DNA of 64,000 nt from Candidatus Obscuribacteraceae bacterium (GTDB lineage: Bacteria; Cyanobacteriota; Vampirovibrionia; Obscuribacterales; Obscuribacteraceae): assembly GCA_044229845.1 (NCBI GenBank), contig JBGASG010000004.1:288001-352000 (forward strand), read 5' to 3'. The notes beneath the pieces were generated by a model. That model searched no databases. It worked only from the letters and a program-made list of their open reading frames with translations, and was not told where the DNA came from. Both the position numbers and the translations under genes were made by a program. The stretch's first letter is position 1. The number at the start of each line of letters is the position of its first letter. Positions 19,354-29,248 of this stretch are shown one piece after another.

Positions 19354-20427
19354 ATGCAATTGCTCATCACCGGCGGACTCGGATTCATCGGCAGCAACTT
19401 GATCCGGTACATCCTGGAAAAATATCCGCAATACAAAGTGATCAATCTCGATGCCGAGACTTATGCCGGTCACCGCGAAAACGTAGCGGATCTGGAAGGC
19501 AACCCGCGCTACACCTTCGTGAAAGGACGCATCGAAGACCAAGCTCTCGTCAATAGCATCGTATCTGGTGCCAAGTTCGGTCAGGTCGACGGCATTATCA
19601 ACGTCGCCGCCGAGACCCACGTCGACCGTTCGATCACCGACCCGTCGGTTTTCGTGCATACCAACGTGCTCGGTACGCAAGTGCTTCTGGAAGCCGCCTT
19701 CGAGTACGGCATGCGCCAGAACGGCGGCAAGCCGCGCATCCGTTTCGTCAACGTGTCGACCGACGAAGTTTATGGTTCGCTCGGCCCCACCGGTTTCTTC
19801 ACTGAAGAAACCCCCTTGCAACCAAACAGCCCGTATTCTTCCAGCAAAGCCGGGTCGGATCTTCTGTGCCGCGCTTACTTCCATACTTATGGGCTGCCGG
19901 TCATGATCACCCGCTGCTCCAATAACTATGGGCCCTTCCAGCATCCCGAAAAGCTGATTCCGTTCTTCATCAACAGCCTGCTCAACGGCAAGCAAGTGCC
20001 GGTTTACGGCGACGGCTTGAACGTCCGCGATTGGCTGCATGTCGAAGACCATTGCCAGGCGATTGATCTGGCTTTCCAGAAGGGCGTGCCCGGTGAGGTT
20101 TACAACATCGGCGGCAACAACGAGCGCACCAACATGCAGATCACCCGCCTGATCCTCAGCAAGATGGGCAAGGGCGACGAAATGATCAAATATGTTGAGG
20201 ACCGTCTCGGTCACGACAAACGTTATGCCATCGATTCGACTAAAATTCAGCGTGAACTTGGCTGGAAGCCCAAGCATACCTTCGAAACTGGCATCGTCAG
20301 CACCATCGACTGGTACTTGAGCAACACCACATGGCTGCAATCGGTCGTCAAACACGCCGATCACGCACCGCAAGCGGCCCCGGTGGTCATCCCGCCAGTT
20401 CCAACCACAACCACGGCGGTCGTCTAA
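19354..20427 (+). CDS. rfbB: dTDP-glucose 4,6-dehydratase
   Basis: GGLGFIG, AAETHVDRSI, STDEVYG, YSSSK, NNYGP, RDWLHV. Confidence 0.96.
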   Translation: MQLLITGGLGFIGSNLIRYILEKYPQYKVINLDAETYAGHRENVADLEGNPRYTFVKGRIEDQALVNSIVSGAKFGQVDGIINVAAETHVDRSITDPSVFVHTNVLGTQVLLEAAFEYGMRQNGGKPRIRFVNVSTDEVYGSLGPTGFFTEETPLQPNSPYSSSKAGSDLLCRAYFHTYGLPVMITRCSNNYGPFQHPEKLIPFFINSLLNGKQVPVYGDGLNVRDWLHVEDHCQAIDLAFQKGVPGEVYNIGGNNERTNMQITRLILSKMGKGDEMIKYVEDRLGHDKRYAIDSTKIQRELGWKPKHTFETGIVSTIDWYLSNTTWLQSVVKHADHAPQAAPVVIPPVPTTTTAVV

Positions 20428-20436
20428 AGGTAGAAA

Positions 20437-21300
20437 ATGGCCAAGCGATCTATCCTCGTCACCGGGTCCGGTGGCATGCTCGGACAAGCACTCACATCGT
20501 GCCTGGAAAGCAAAGGTCACAGCGTGCGCGGCATGCCGAGGGAAGAGCTTGATGTCACAAACTTCGAGCAGGTCAATCGGCTGATCAAAGAAGCGCAGCC
20601 GGATCTGGTCATCCATCCGGCTGCGTACACGCGCGTCGACCAGGCTGAATCGGAAGCCGACCTGGCCTTCCTGATCAACGGTTATGGCACCGAAAACATT
20701 GCCGTCACCTGCAATAACCTGCACATCCCGATGATGTACTTGAGCACCGACTATGTGTTCGACGGCGTCCAGGATCGCCCCTATCAACCCTGGGACGACA
20801 CTCGCCCCATCTCAATCTACGGCAAGTCCAAACTAGCCGGAGAGCGTGCCGTCGCGCGACACCTGAAGCGTTTCTACATCGTGCGCACCAGCTGGCTGTA
20901 CGGCCCGCACGGACGCAACTTTGTAGAAACGATTCTGCAAATGGCCAAAGAACGCGATGTGCTTCGTGTAGTTTCGGATCAGTGGGGTTCGCCCACCTGC
21001 ACTCTCACTCTGTCGGAAGTGATCGCCGAACTGATCGAGCACGATCGCTGGGGCACCTACCACGCCACCGACGGTGGTGTCACTAACTGGTACGAATTCG
21101 CCAAAGAAATTCTCAAAGACCAGAACAATGTCGAAGTGGTGCCCATCGAAACACGCGAATTTCCGCGCCCGGCTACCCGTCCGAAATACTCCGTGCTCGA
21201 CAAGACAACACTCATCCACACGATCGGTCGCGAGCCGGTACCGTGGCAGCAGGCACTCGATGAATATCTCGAGTTGCGCACCGCCAGACCGACGGTCTAA
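20437..21300 (+). CDS. rfbD: dTDP-4-dehydrorhamnose reductase
   Basis: GSGGMLG, AAYTRVD, STDYVFDG, YGKSK, RPATRPKYS. Confidence 0.95.
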   Translation: MAKRSILVTGSGGMLGQALTSCLESKGHSVRGMPREELDVTNFEQVNRLIKEAQPDLVIHPAAYTRVDQAESEADLAFLINGYGTENIAVTCNNLHIPMMYLSTDYVFDGVQDRPYQPWDDTRPISIYGKSKLAGERAVARHLKRFYIVRTSWLYGPHGRNFVETILQMAKERDVLRVVSDQWGSPTCTLTLSEVIAELIEHDRWGTYHATDGGVTNWYEFAKEILKDQNNVEVVPIETREFPRPATRPKYSVLDKTTLIHTIGREPVPWQQALDEYLELRTARPTV

Positions 21301-21906
21301 CTATTTGGTTTTGGCGCCCTGAGTTTTTACGGACACGACAATCACAGACTTAGCTGCTGCGGGAGGTTTCTTCTCTTTCGTGCACGCCGGCTGATTCTTG
21401 CCGCCCACGGCATCTAGTCATAGATGGCGAGTTGGACGGACACTTCGAGTTTTGACCTCCTCCCTTTCCTCTCGGAAGGGGATTCCGGCTGGGAGTCCTG
21501 ATGGACGCCGACACGGTGGGTTCCTGCTTCATCAAAGCTGCCAGAATCTCTTCTGGTCTTGCGTCCTCTCCACAGGCTCATCGGGCGAGCCCCGCCCTGT
21601 TAGTCCCAAGCTTGTTTGCCAGGACCATACGTATGTATACCACATATATTCCGTGCATGCAACATCAGCCGTGCATCTGCCGGCTTCGCCGGCGGTGCCA
21701 ACTTCGGACCGCCCAGGCTGGGTCATCAGAGCAGTTTTTCAAGTATTTCGAGCTGGCCGCCTATGCCACCCGGGTTAAAAAAGACTGACTTTGATGTCAT
21801 GAGGCACTTCCAATGCGGTTCTCTGCCGATTCAGCTTCAAGATAGCTGGACTGGCAGCCGGTCTCACTGATATTCTTACCAACCGATAGACCGGAAACGA
21901 GCCTCA

Positions 21907-22473
21907 ATGCTGCAGCAAAAGATGAAATCCCTGACAAAAGACGCCATCGGTACGGAGTTCTCCAACGACATCTCCGTCCAGGACTACACTAAAAAGCCCA
22001 CAATCGAAGGTGTGCAGTTAATCAATCTGCAAATGTTCGTCGACGATGGCGGTTCGCTGGCGGAGATTGTCCGCTTCGACGACGACGGCTCGCTGCAAGT
22101 GATCCCCGAGTTCAAGGTCAAGCAATCGACCTTCTCGATGATGTTGCCGGGGACAATCAAAGCTTTCCACCTGCACTTCAACCAGGAAGATGTCTGGTTC
22201 ATCCTGCCGACCAGCCGCGTGCTGATCGGTCTTTTCGATGCCCGCAAAGACTCACCCACCTACCGCAACTCGATGCGCTTCGTGATGGGTGCCGGGCGCG
22301 CCCAGATTCTCTATCTGCCGCGCGGAGTCGCTCATGGTCTGGCTAACCCGTGGACCGAACCGGCTCACATGATTTACTTCGTCAACCAGTGCTTCAATGC
22401 TGACGATCCCGATGAGCGCCGCCTCCCCTGGGACGCTCTGGGCGCCGATTTCTGGGAAATCCGCAAGGGCTAA
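21907..22473 (+). CDS. rfbC: dTDP-4-dehydrorhamnose 3,5-epimerase family
   Basis: IEGV, KAFHLH, DARKDSPT, PRGVAHG. Confidence 0.88.
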   Translation: MLQQKMKSLTKDAIGTEFSNDISVQDYTKKPTIEGVQLINLQMFVDDGGSLAEIVRFDDDGSLQVIPEFKVKQSTFSMMLPGTIKAFHLHFNQEDVWFILPTSRVLIGLFDARKDSPTYRNSMRFVMGAGRAQILYLPRGVAHGLANPWTEPAHMIYFVNQCFNADDPDERRLPWDALGADFWEIRKG

Positions 22474-22661
22474 ACCGATTCATCGTTAGGCTTAGCTGCC
22501 TTACCGGCACGACGAAGTTCTTCAGCAAACTTCTGCAAGTCCATCAACTTTCGGAATCGCTGCTCCACAGTGAGCTTCAAATTTTCCCGCAAGAGAGTAA
22601 TATCGACGTCCTTTTTGTAGAACTCAATTACCGGGTCGATTTCGTGATTTTGCTCTTTCAA
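22470..22661 (-). CDS. small hypothetical protein, antitoxin-like
   Basis: DPVIEFYKKDVDITLLRENLKLTVEQR resembles small partners of nucleotidyltransferase-type modules (from recollection); GAGG RBS. Confidence 0.55.
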   Translation of the reverse strand: MKEQNHEIDPVIEFYKKDVDITLLRENLKLTVEQRFRKLMDLQKFAEELRRAGKAAKPNDESV

Positions 22662-22713
22662 GGTTTATCCTCTGTCCTAATTATGACAGGAGAAACTTAG
22701 ATGAGACCGAGCC

Positions 22714-24051
22714 TCAGTCGCGGTAATGGCGCAGCCAGGCGCGTTCGACGGCATCAGCGACATGCTGGTGCACCGAACGATCGAGAATGCTGGGTACCAG
22801 GGTGTCTTCCTTCGCCAGTTGCGAAATAGACTTGGCGGCGGCGATCTTCATTTCATCGGTAAATATCTGAGCACCGGCGCGCAGGGCGCCGCGGAACAGT
22901 CCCGGAAATGCCAGCGCGTTGTTGATTGTGCGACCGTCTGCCGCAAAACGCGCGCCTTGAGCGATAGCTACATCAGGATGGATCTCGGGATCAGGATTGG
23001 AAAGTGCCAGGATCACCTGCCCCTTCTGCACCTTCTCGGCGGGCACCAGTCCCGGGCGCCCGGTCGTCAGCACGACAACGTCGGAATTTTCCATGACACC
23101 ATCGAGAGTGGCACGCTTGCCGCCCGCCGATTCCAATCGAGCCATCGCTTCATCGCGCAGGTCGCAACCGATGATCTCTTTGACGCCGTAGGCGAGCAGC
23201 AGTTTCGCAATGCCGGTGCCGGCAGCGCCCAGTCCGACGATGCCGACCACCGAATCGGATAGCGTCGGCAGCATGCGCCGCGTAATCGTAAGCAGCGCCG
23301 CCAGTACAACCACCGCTGTTCCATGTTGATCGTCGTGCAATACAGGAATCGACAACTCGCGCTGCAAGCGCTCTTCGATATCAAAACACTCCGGCGCTGC
23401 GATGTCTTCCAGTTGAATCGCTCCAAATGTCGGCGCGATTGCCTTCACGGTTTTGATGATCGTTTCGCTGTCCTGAGAATCAATCAAAATCGGATACGCG
23501 TTGATACCAACCAGTTCGCCGAACAGGACGCTTTTGCCTTCCATAACCGGCATGCCGGCCACCGGTCCGATGTTGCCCAGTCCGAGAATGGCAGTGCCGT
23601 TAGTGACAACCGCCACGCTGTTGCCGATAGTGGTATAGCGCCGCGCCAGAGAGATGTCCTTCTGAATCAATCGACAAATCTGAGCGACGCCGGGCGTATA
23701 AATTTTGCGCATCTCGGCGATGGTCTCCAGCGGAAACCGGCTTCGCACCGCGATCTTGCCGCCCTCATGCACTTGTTGCACGGGGTCGATGATTGATTCG
23801 ATAGTGATGCCGTCTAAGTCGCGAAGCCCTTTCTCGACGTCGCGCAGATGCTGGTCGTCATCGAGCTGCAAGCTGATTTCGCGGATTATGAAATCGGGTC
23901 CTTGCGCAACGATGGTAATTTCGCCGATGTTGGCGTGCATGTTGCCGAGGAGGGTGGCAATCTGCCCTAGAAAACCGGGCTTGTCCGTGACCCGCAAACG
24001 AAAAATTCGAATCAGTTTTTGATCCGGTCGGGTTGAAACCATGCCTGCCAT
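22714..24051 (-). CDS. NAD(P)-dependent malic enzyme with N-terminal ACT domain
   Basis: DKPGFLG ACT motif; [44 protein letters not shown]. Confidence 0.93.
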   Translation of the reverse strand: MAGMVSTRPDQKLIRIFRLRVTDKPGFLGQIATLLGNMHANIGEITIVAQGPDFIIREISLQLDDDQHLRDVEKGLRDLDGITIESIIDPVQQVHEGGKIAVRSRFPLETIAEMRKIYTPGVAQICRLIQKDISLARRYTTIGNSVAVVTNGTAILGLGNIGPVAGMPVMEGKSVLFGELVGINAYPILIDSQDSETIIKTVKAIAPTFGAIQLEDIAAPECFDIEERLQRELSIPVLHDDQHGTAVVVLAALLTITRRMLPTLSDSVVGIVGLGAAGTGIAKLLLAYGVKEIIGCDLRDEAMARLESAGGKRATLDGVMENSDVVVLTTGRPGLVPAEKVQKGQVILALSNPDPEIHPDVAIAQGARFAADGRTINNALAFPGLFRGALRAGAQIFTDEMKIAAAKSISQLAKEDTLVPSILDRSVHQHVADAVERAWLRHYRD

Positions 24052-24180
24052 CGTTACCTCCAGAAGGTCCCCTATTCTAGGCGGGTTTTAGGTTCTGATC
24101 GCCTCGATGGGCGCCGGTCGTTATCTTGTGTAAGAAACATCGCCTATGCGCGGCAAGAAAGGCAGCGTTTTCAAGCGAAA

Positions 24181-25500
24181 CTACTTGCGAGTTGCAGCTT
24201 GGGCTAGCAATAGAGCCTTCAACAGTTGTGCATCTGCGCACTTCGCAGTACCAGGCTCATTGAGTTCGTCCGCCAGCCACCATGGACCCTTGCTTATCAG
24301 GTCCTTGTCCGACACTACAACCAGCTCGTCGGGCTTGATGCCTTTATTGAGGATGCTTTTGCCCTTCGGCGTCGTCCACTCAGCGATGCTGATGGTGATC
24401 GCCACCCCATCGCCCAGCCGGTTGATCGCATCGATTGTGGAACTGCCCTTGGACGGTTCGCCCACAACCTGAGCGTCGGCAGATTCCTGCAAAGCAGCGG
24501 CGATTATTTCTGCAGCGGCGGCAGTCTCGCGGTTGACCAAAACGAACACGCGCCCCTTGTAAACCGGCGGCTTCTTCTGCACCTGCACGGTCTTGTAACC
24601 GGCATTGTCCACCACAGACATGATGTACTTTCCTTGCTGCACGAAGAGCATGCTCAGTTCGATCGCGTTGGACAGCAGTCCGCCACCGTTATCACGGACA
24701 TCCAGAATGACACCAGGAGCGGTGGCAATTTTCTGAAACTCGTCTCTGAACACATTCATGAAATACGTGCTGTGCATATCGTCCAGTCTTATGTAGCCAA
24801 CGCCACCGGGCAGGGTGCGCACACACAGGAGATCCGCCTCGGGTGTCGCTCCTCGTTCAGCGGTAATTTTCTTGCTTGCGCCCTTGCGCAGGACAGTGAC
24901 AGTGGTTTTTGTGTGTTCCGGACCGCGCAGCATATCGGCGGTTTCGTCCAACGACTTACCAACAACGGACTTGCCGTCGACTGCCACCAGCACATCGAAA
25001 GGTCGCACACCTACTTTCTGCGCCGGGCTGCCCGGAGTCACTTCAACAATTACGGTCGGATCTTTGTCTAACTTCTTGCGCAGCTTCAGCCCGATTCCAA
25101 AAAGATTGGGATCGCTTTTCTTGGCTGAACCGGATTCAATCAGCTTGGTGTGCTGGTTATTGAGGCTGTCCAGCATGGCTTTGATGGCGCCGCGAGCATC
25201 CTCTGTCGACTTCAACTTGCCGTCGTACTTATGTTTCCACTGCTCCCAGTCCTGCTTATTAAAGGTGCGATCGAAGTAGGTTTCGTTGATCAAGTTCCAG
25301 GCTTTTAGATAAATAGCCTGCGCATCTTGATGGACGCCGGTTTGTGCGGGGCGTGTCGTGCCGTCTTGTCTCTCGGCCCTGCCCGGCACATCCGGACGTC
25401 CGCTTTGCGACGTTGCCGGCAAAACACTGACGATCAGCGACCACGCGAGCAATCCGGAGAGCAAGGGCCGTTGCACGTTTCTCACTGGCACATTTCTCAT
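24181..25500 (-). CDS. S41/CtpA-family PDZ protease homolog with degenerate catalytic motifs
   Basis: Signal peptide, AWNLINETYFDRTFN, PDZ domain, DVRDNGGG, TPKGKSI..GIKPD; TAAAAE replaces TASASE. Confidence 0.85.
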   Translation of the reverse strand: MRNVPVRNVQRPLLSGLLAWSLIVSVLPATSQSGRPDVPGRAERQDGTTRPAQTGVHQDAQAIYLKAWNLINETYFDRTFNKQDWEQWKHKYDGKLKSTEDARGAIKAMLDSLNNQHTKLIESGSAKKSDPNLFGIGLKLRKKLDKDPTVIVEVTPGSPAQKVGVRPFDVLVAVDGKSVVGKSLDETADMLRGPEHTKTTVTVLRKGASKKITAERGATPEADLLCVRTLPGGVGYIRLDDMHSTYFMNVFRDEFQKIATAPGVILDVRDNGGGLLSNAIELSMLFVQQGKYIMSVVDNAGYKTVQVQKKPPVYKGRVFVLVNRETAAAAEIIAAALQESADAQVVGEPSKGSSTIDAINRLGDGVAITISIAEWTTPKGKSILNKGIKPDELVVVSDKDLISKGPWWLADELNEPGTAKCADAQLLKALLLAQAATRK

Positions 25501-25645
25501 TGAGTAAAACCTCGATAGTTTAACACCAGCGCCGGGTTGAGCGACTTTGTGGCAGTCTTCATCACCTTGAGTATGAGAATTAAGCCTTGGGGCGTCGGCT
25601 ATTCGTGGCCTGTGGGAACTTAGTAAATAGATCTCGGTGAGGCGA

Positions 25646-27367
25646 ATGAGCGACCACGAATCAGGGTCGGTAGTAGACGGCAGGTTCGAAATCGTGTCCC
25701 AGCTTGGCGAAGGCGGCATGGGCACGGTGTATCGCGCCATCCACCGGGAAATGGACCGGCAAGTCGCGCTGAAGGTCCTGAAAGCATCCCTGTTGTCGGC
25801 CCCGCAGCAGCAAATGCGCTTCCGCAATGAGGCGCAAGTGATCAGCACGCTCGACCATCCGAACATCGTTTCCATTTATTCCGTCGGCATAGCCGAGACC
25901 GGTGCGCCCTACATCGCAATGGAACTTCTCGAAGGCAAGCCTCTTTCCGACATCGTCAAAGAAGCGCGGTTTCTTTCCTACAAAGATGCCGTGCCGCTCT
26001 TCATCCAGGCATGTCACGGGCTGGAACACGCCCACGAACAGGGAATTATTCACCGCGACATCAAACCCAGCAATCTGGTCGTCATGCAACATGGCGACCA
26101 GCAGCCAAAGGTGAAGGTCGTCGACTTCGGCATCGCCAAAGCTCTAGAAGGCGATAGCATCACGCAGACTTCAGTCGTAATCGGCAGCGCTTTCTACCTG
26201 AGCCCCGGACAGTGCGAAGGACGGCAGGGCGATGCGCAATCGGACATCTACGCGCTCGGTTGCAGTATGTTCGAAGCTCTGACAGGCAGACCGCCGTTTG
26301 TGGGCGACTTCTATTTCGAAACCATGCAGAAACATCGCAGCGCGCCGCCGCCGAAAGTGAAGGAAACTAATCCTGATGCCGATCTGCCGGAATCTCTGGA
26401 ATCGATCATTGCCTGCTGCTTGAGCAAAAATGTTGAAGACAGATATAAATCGGTAAGCCAGGTGCGCGCTGACCTCCATAACATCTTGAACGGCAAGCCG
26501 CCGCAGCACATTCCGAAAACACCGGATAGCCAGCAGACGGCATCGACTTCAGCGAAGAAGTTTGCCGGCTCGCGCCGGCTGCTGATCACCATATGTAGTG
26601 TCATAGCCGTGACGGCGGCTCTCACCATCTTCATCGAGCGACAGTCGCATCAGCTGTCGGCGGTCCCCATCGCCGACATTGATCTGGTTGGAGAGAGAGA
26701 CCGCATCCGGCAAAAGAATGCTGCTCTCTGGCCAGTGGTCGAGCAGGGACAAATCACCCCTGAAGTGCTGCACGTACTGCTCGCTAACTGTCAGGCCGCG
26801 CACAGAATATCGTATTGCCAGGAAGAGCGGACCGCAACCATTCTGATTGGAATCGCCAGCACCAAGCTATTAGCCGCGTCGAGTTCTGATGCAGATGCAA
26901 CCAGAGCAATTCTCAAGGAAAGCGAAGAGGCTCTGCGTATGACCGTGTCCGACTATCAAAAAGCCATCCGGCTTCGCAAACTCCCTGATACACATGTCGC
27001 TCACGAGCAACTTGCTTCGCTGGCAGCAGCACTGGCCGCCTGTTATGCAAACCAAACGCGCTATGCAGAAGCCAAGGCAGCTCAGGAGATTGCTCTCGAT
27101 GCGCTCCGCAAAGCCGGCAACGACAAGCCGGGCGACCGGGAGCTGCCGGATTACATTCACAATCTCGGACAACATGTCCTCTACAGCCTCCTCGTTGATG
27201 GAGAGAAAACCTCCTTGCAGAACGTGCAGGCATTGGTGAACTACGGAAAAGCAGATCCTGTCCTGCAAAGTAATGTCACCATCGAGTTGAATAAAATCGA
27301 GGGGTTAGCTCGGCAATTCCACTACGTCAAATTCGCAGACGCGGTTGAACGCCTTTCCGCCAGGTAG
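25646..27367 (+). CDS. membrane Ser/Thr kinase (tandem copy 1)
   Basis: LGEGGMG, VALK, HRDIKPSN, DFG; transmembrane segment; GAGG RBS. Confidence 0.93.
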   Translation: MSDHESGSVVDGRFEIVSQLGEGGMGTVYRAIHREMDRQVALKVLKASLLSAPQQQMRFRNEAQVISTLDHPNIVSIYSVGIAETGAPYIAMELLEGKPLSDIVKEARFLSYKDAVPLFIQACHGLEHAHEQGIIHRDIKPSNLVVMQHGDQQPKVKVVDFGIAKALEGDSITQTSVVIGSAFYLSPGQCEGRQGDAQSDIYALGCSMFEALTGRPPFVGDFYFETMQKHRSAPPPKVKETNPDADLPESLESIIACCLSKNVEDRYKSVSQVRADLHNILNGKPPQHIPKTPDSQQTASTSAKKFAGSRRLLITICSVIAVTAALTIFIERQSHQLSAVPIADIDLVGERDRIRQKNAALWPVVEQGQITPEVLHVLLANCQAAHRISYCQEERTATILIGIASTKLLAASSSDADATRAILKESEEALRMTVSDYQKAIRLRKLPDTHVAHEQLASLAAALAACYANQTRYAEAKAAQEIALDALRKAGNDKPGDRELPDYIHNLGQHVLYSLLVDGEKTSLQNVQALVNYGKADPVLQSNVTIELNKIEGLARQFHYVKFADAVERLSAR

Positions 27368-27373
27368 GTCCAG

Positions 27374-29149
27374 ATGGGTGAAGATTTGACCGATCAACCA
27401 GGCGGACGGGCGATCGAACCTGTCGTCGACGGTCGTTTCGAAATCAAATCGCTTCTTGGTGAGGGCGGGATGGGTGTTGTATACGAAGCCTTGCACCGTG
27501 ACATGGAGCGTATGGTGGCATTGAAAGTACTGAAGTCGATGGCAGCTTCCCCAGAGCAACAAGCACGGTTCAAGCAAGAAGCGCAGGTAATCTGTAAGCT
27601 CAAACACCCCAATATCGTTTCCATTTATTCAGTTGGACTTTCGCAGAGCGGCGCACCATACATCGCGATGGAAATGTTGGATGGAAAGCCGTTGGCAGAA
27701 CTGATCAACGAGTGCGGACCGCTGCCTTGGCGGTCTGCGGTGCGATTGTTCGTGCAAGCCTGCAATGCCATCGAACACGCGCACAGCAAAGGCATCATCC
27801 ACCGAGACATCAAACCGAGCAATCTCGTGGTGATTGGCGATCCCGCGTCGGCGGACGCACAATTGAAGGTTGTCGACTTCGGCATCGCCAAGGTGCTGGG
27901 CAGCGACTCGATAACTCGCACCAACGTCATCGTCGGCAGCGCCTTCTATCTCAGCCCCGGACAATGCGAAGGACGCGCACCGGACGTGCATTCCGATATC
28001 TATGCCATGGGTTGCAGCCTGTTTGAAGTACTGGCGGGAAAGCCGCCCTTCGTCGCAGACTTCTATTTAGAAACTATGTCCAAACACCTTAGAGAAGAGC
28101 CGCCCAGAATCAAAGATGTAAATGCAAACGCCGATTTTCCCGACGATCTCGAGCAAGTGATCGCCTGTTGCTTGCGCAAAGACAGCGCGGGCAGATATGC
28201 GAACACGGCGGCGCTGCGAGAAGATCTTGAGCACGTGCTGTCCGGCACCGCTGTGCAGAACATTCCAATAGGCACCGGAAAAGAACTCCCGCGAGGGGCT
28301 TCTGTGCACCACGCTCAGCGAGTCTCGTGGCGAATTCCGGCAATTGTAATCGGCATCGCAGCTGCAATCGGACTTGGCGTTTGCGCGGTGTTCCAGAGCG
28401 TCAAAGATCGAGGTGACATGCCGGTTTCATCCGATGTCGTTCGTTCGCAAGCACTGGCGACGCTCGATCAGCAACAGCTTCAAATATACGCACTTTTGCA
28501 TGAGCAAGATCCTGAAGCATACCGGTCTGCCGCACGCGTACTGCTATCCGCAAGCAAAACGGCACAAAAACTTGGCGAGCTGGCGCAAGAGGCGGAAGTC
28601 ATGGAAACATCCGCATACGACTGGCGCCATCTGATTGACTTTGGCATGAGTACGAAGCACTCTCCTCCAGAGGCTCGCAATGAACCGCTGGCAAGAGAAT
28701 TGGAACTGAGCGTAATCGCCGCCCTGGAGCGGGTCGGAGAGAGCGCTGCGAACTCGCGCGCCTCATCTCACAAACGCCTGCACGAAAACTGCATGATGAC
28801 GGCAGGAAACATGGCTGTGGGCTACTACGAACTGAATGAAACTGAGCAAGCATCTCGACTTGCAGAACGAGCCTTGAAAGAACTGATGTATCTAGATGTG
28901 GTTCGAGATCGAGAAAATTGCCAGGACTATCAGCACATGATGCAGAATTTGATCTCCCCGGCCCTTGCTCACAATCAACCAGAGCTGGCAATCCGCCTCC
29001 TGAAAGAACGAGTGAAGTGGATGAAGCGCGCTCCCTGGGCGTCCGGCGACATGCTCGAGGTGCTGTCCCAATACGAAGCGCAGGCCAGGCAGCTGGGTCA
29101 CGTCAGAGCGGCAGCCGAGATAAGAGCCATAGCCCGCGAGATTAAATAG
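27374..29149 (+). CDS. membrane Ser/Thr kinase (tandem copy 2)
   Basis: Same motifs; kinase domain closely similar to copy 1. Confidence 0.93.
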   Translation: MGEDLTDQPGGRAIEPVVDGRFEIKSLLGEGGMGVVYEALHRDMERMVALKVLKSMAASPEQQARFKQEAQVICKLKHPNIVSIYSVGLSQSGAPYIAMEMLDGKPLAELINECGPLPWRSAVRLFVQACNAIEHAHSKGIIHRDIKPSNLVVIGDPASADAQLKVVDFGIAKVLGSDSITRTNVIVGSAFYLSPGQCEGRAPDVHSDIYAMGCSLFEVLAGKPPFVADFYLETMSKHLREEPPRIKDVNANADFPDDLEQVIACCLRKDSAGRYANTAALREDLEHVLSGTAVQNIPIGTGKELPRGASVHHAQRVSWRIPAIVIGIAAAIGLGVCAVFQSVKDRGDMPVSSDVVRSQALATLDQQQLQIYALLHEQDPEAYRSAARVLLSASKTAQKLGELAQEAEVMETSAYDWRHLIDFGMSTKHSPPEARNEPLARELELSVIAALERVGESAANSRASSHKRLHENCMMTAGNMAVGYYELNETEQASRLAERALKELMYLDVVRDRENCQDYQHMMQNLISPALAHNQPELAIRLLKERVKWMKRAPWASGDMLEVLSQYEAQARQLGHVRAAAEIRAIAREIK

Positions 29150-29248
29150 TCGAAAACTAAAAATGCTACCTTTGGCAGACGACCGACGACGAATTGTCCT
29201 AGTCCTGGGGTTTTTACTAGACCATTCTCGCGCCGCAATCCGCAAGCA

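Noticed and set aside
19336..20787. Long antisense ORFs (also 9760-10860, 18278-19186, 29942-31129, 50421-51734, 54855-56105, 59422-60711, 61746-62846)
   Set aside because: They lie opposite well-supported genes and have no motifs; expected in GC-rich DNA.
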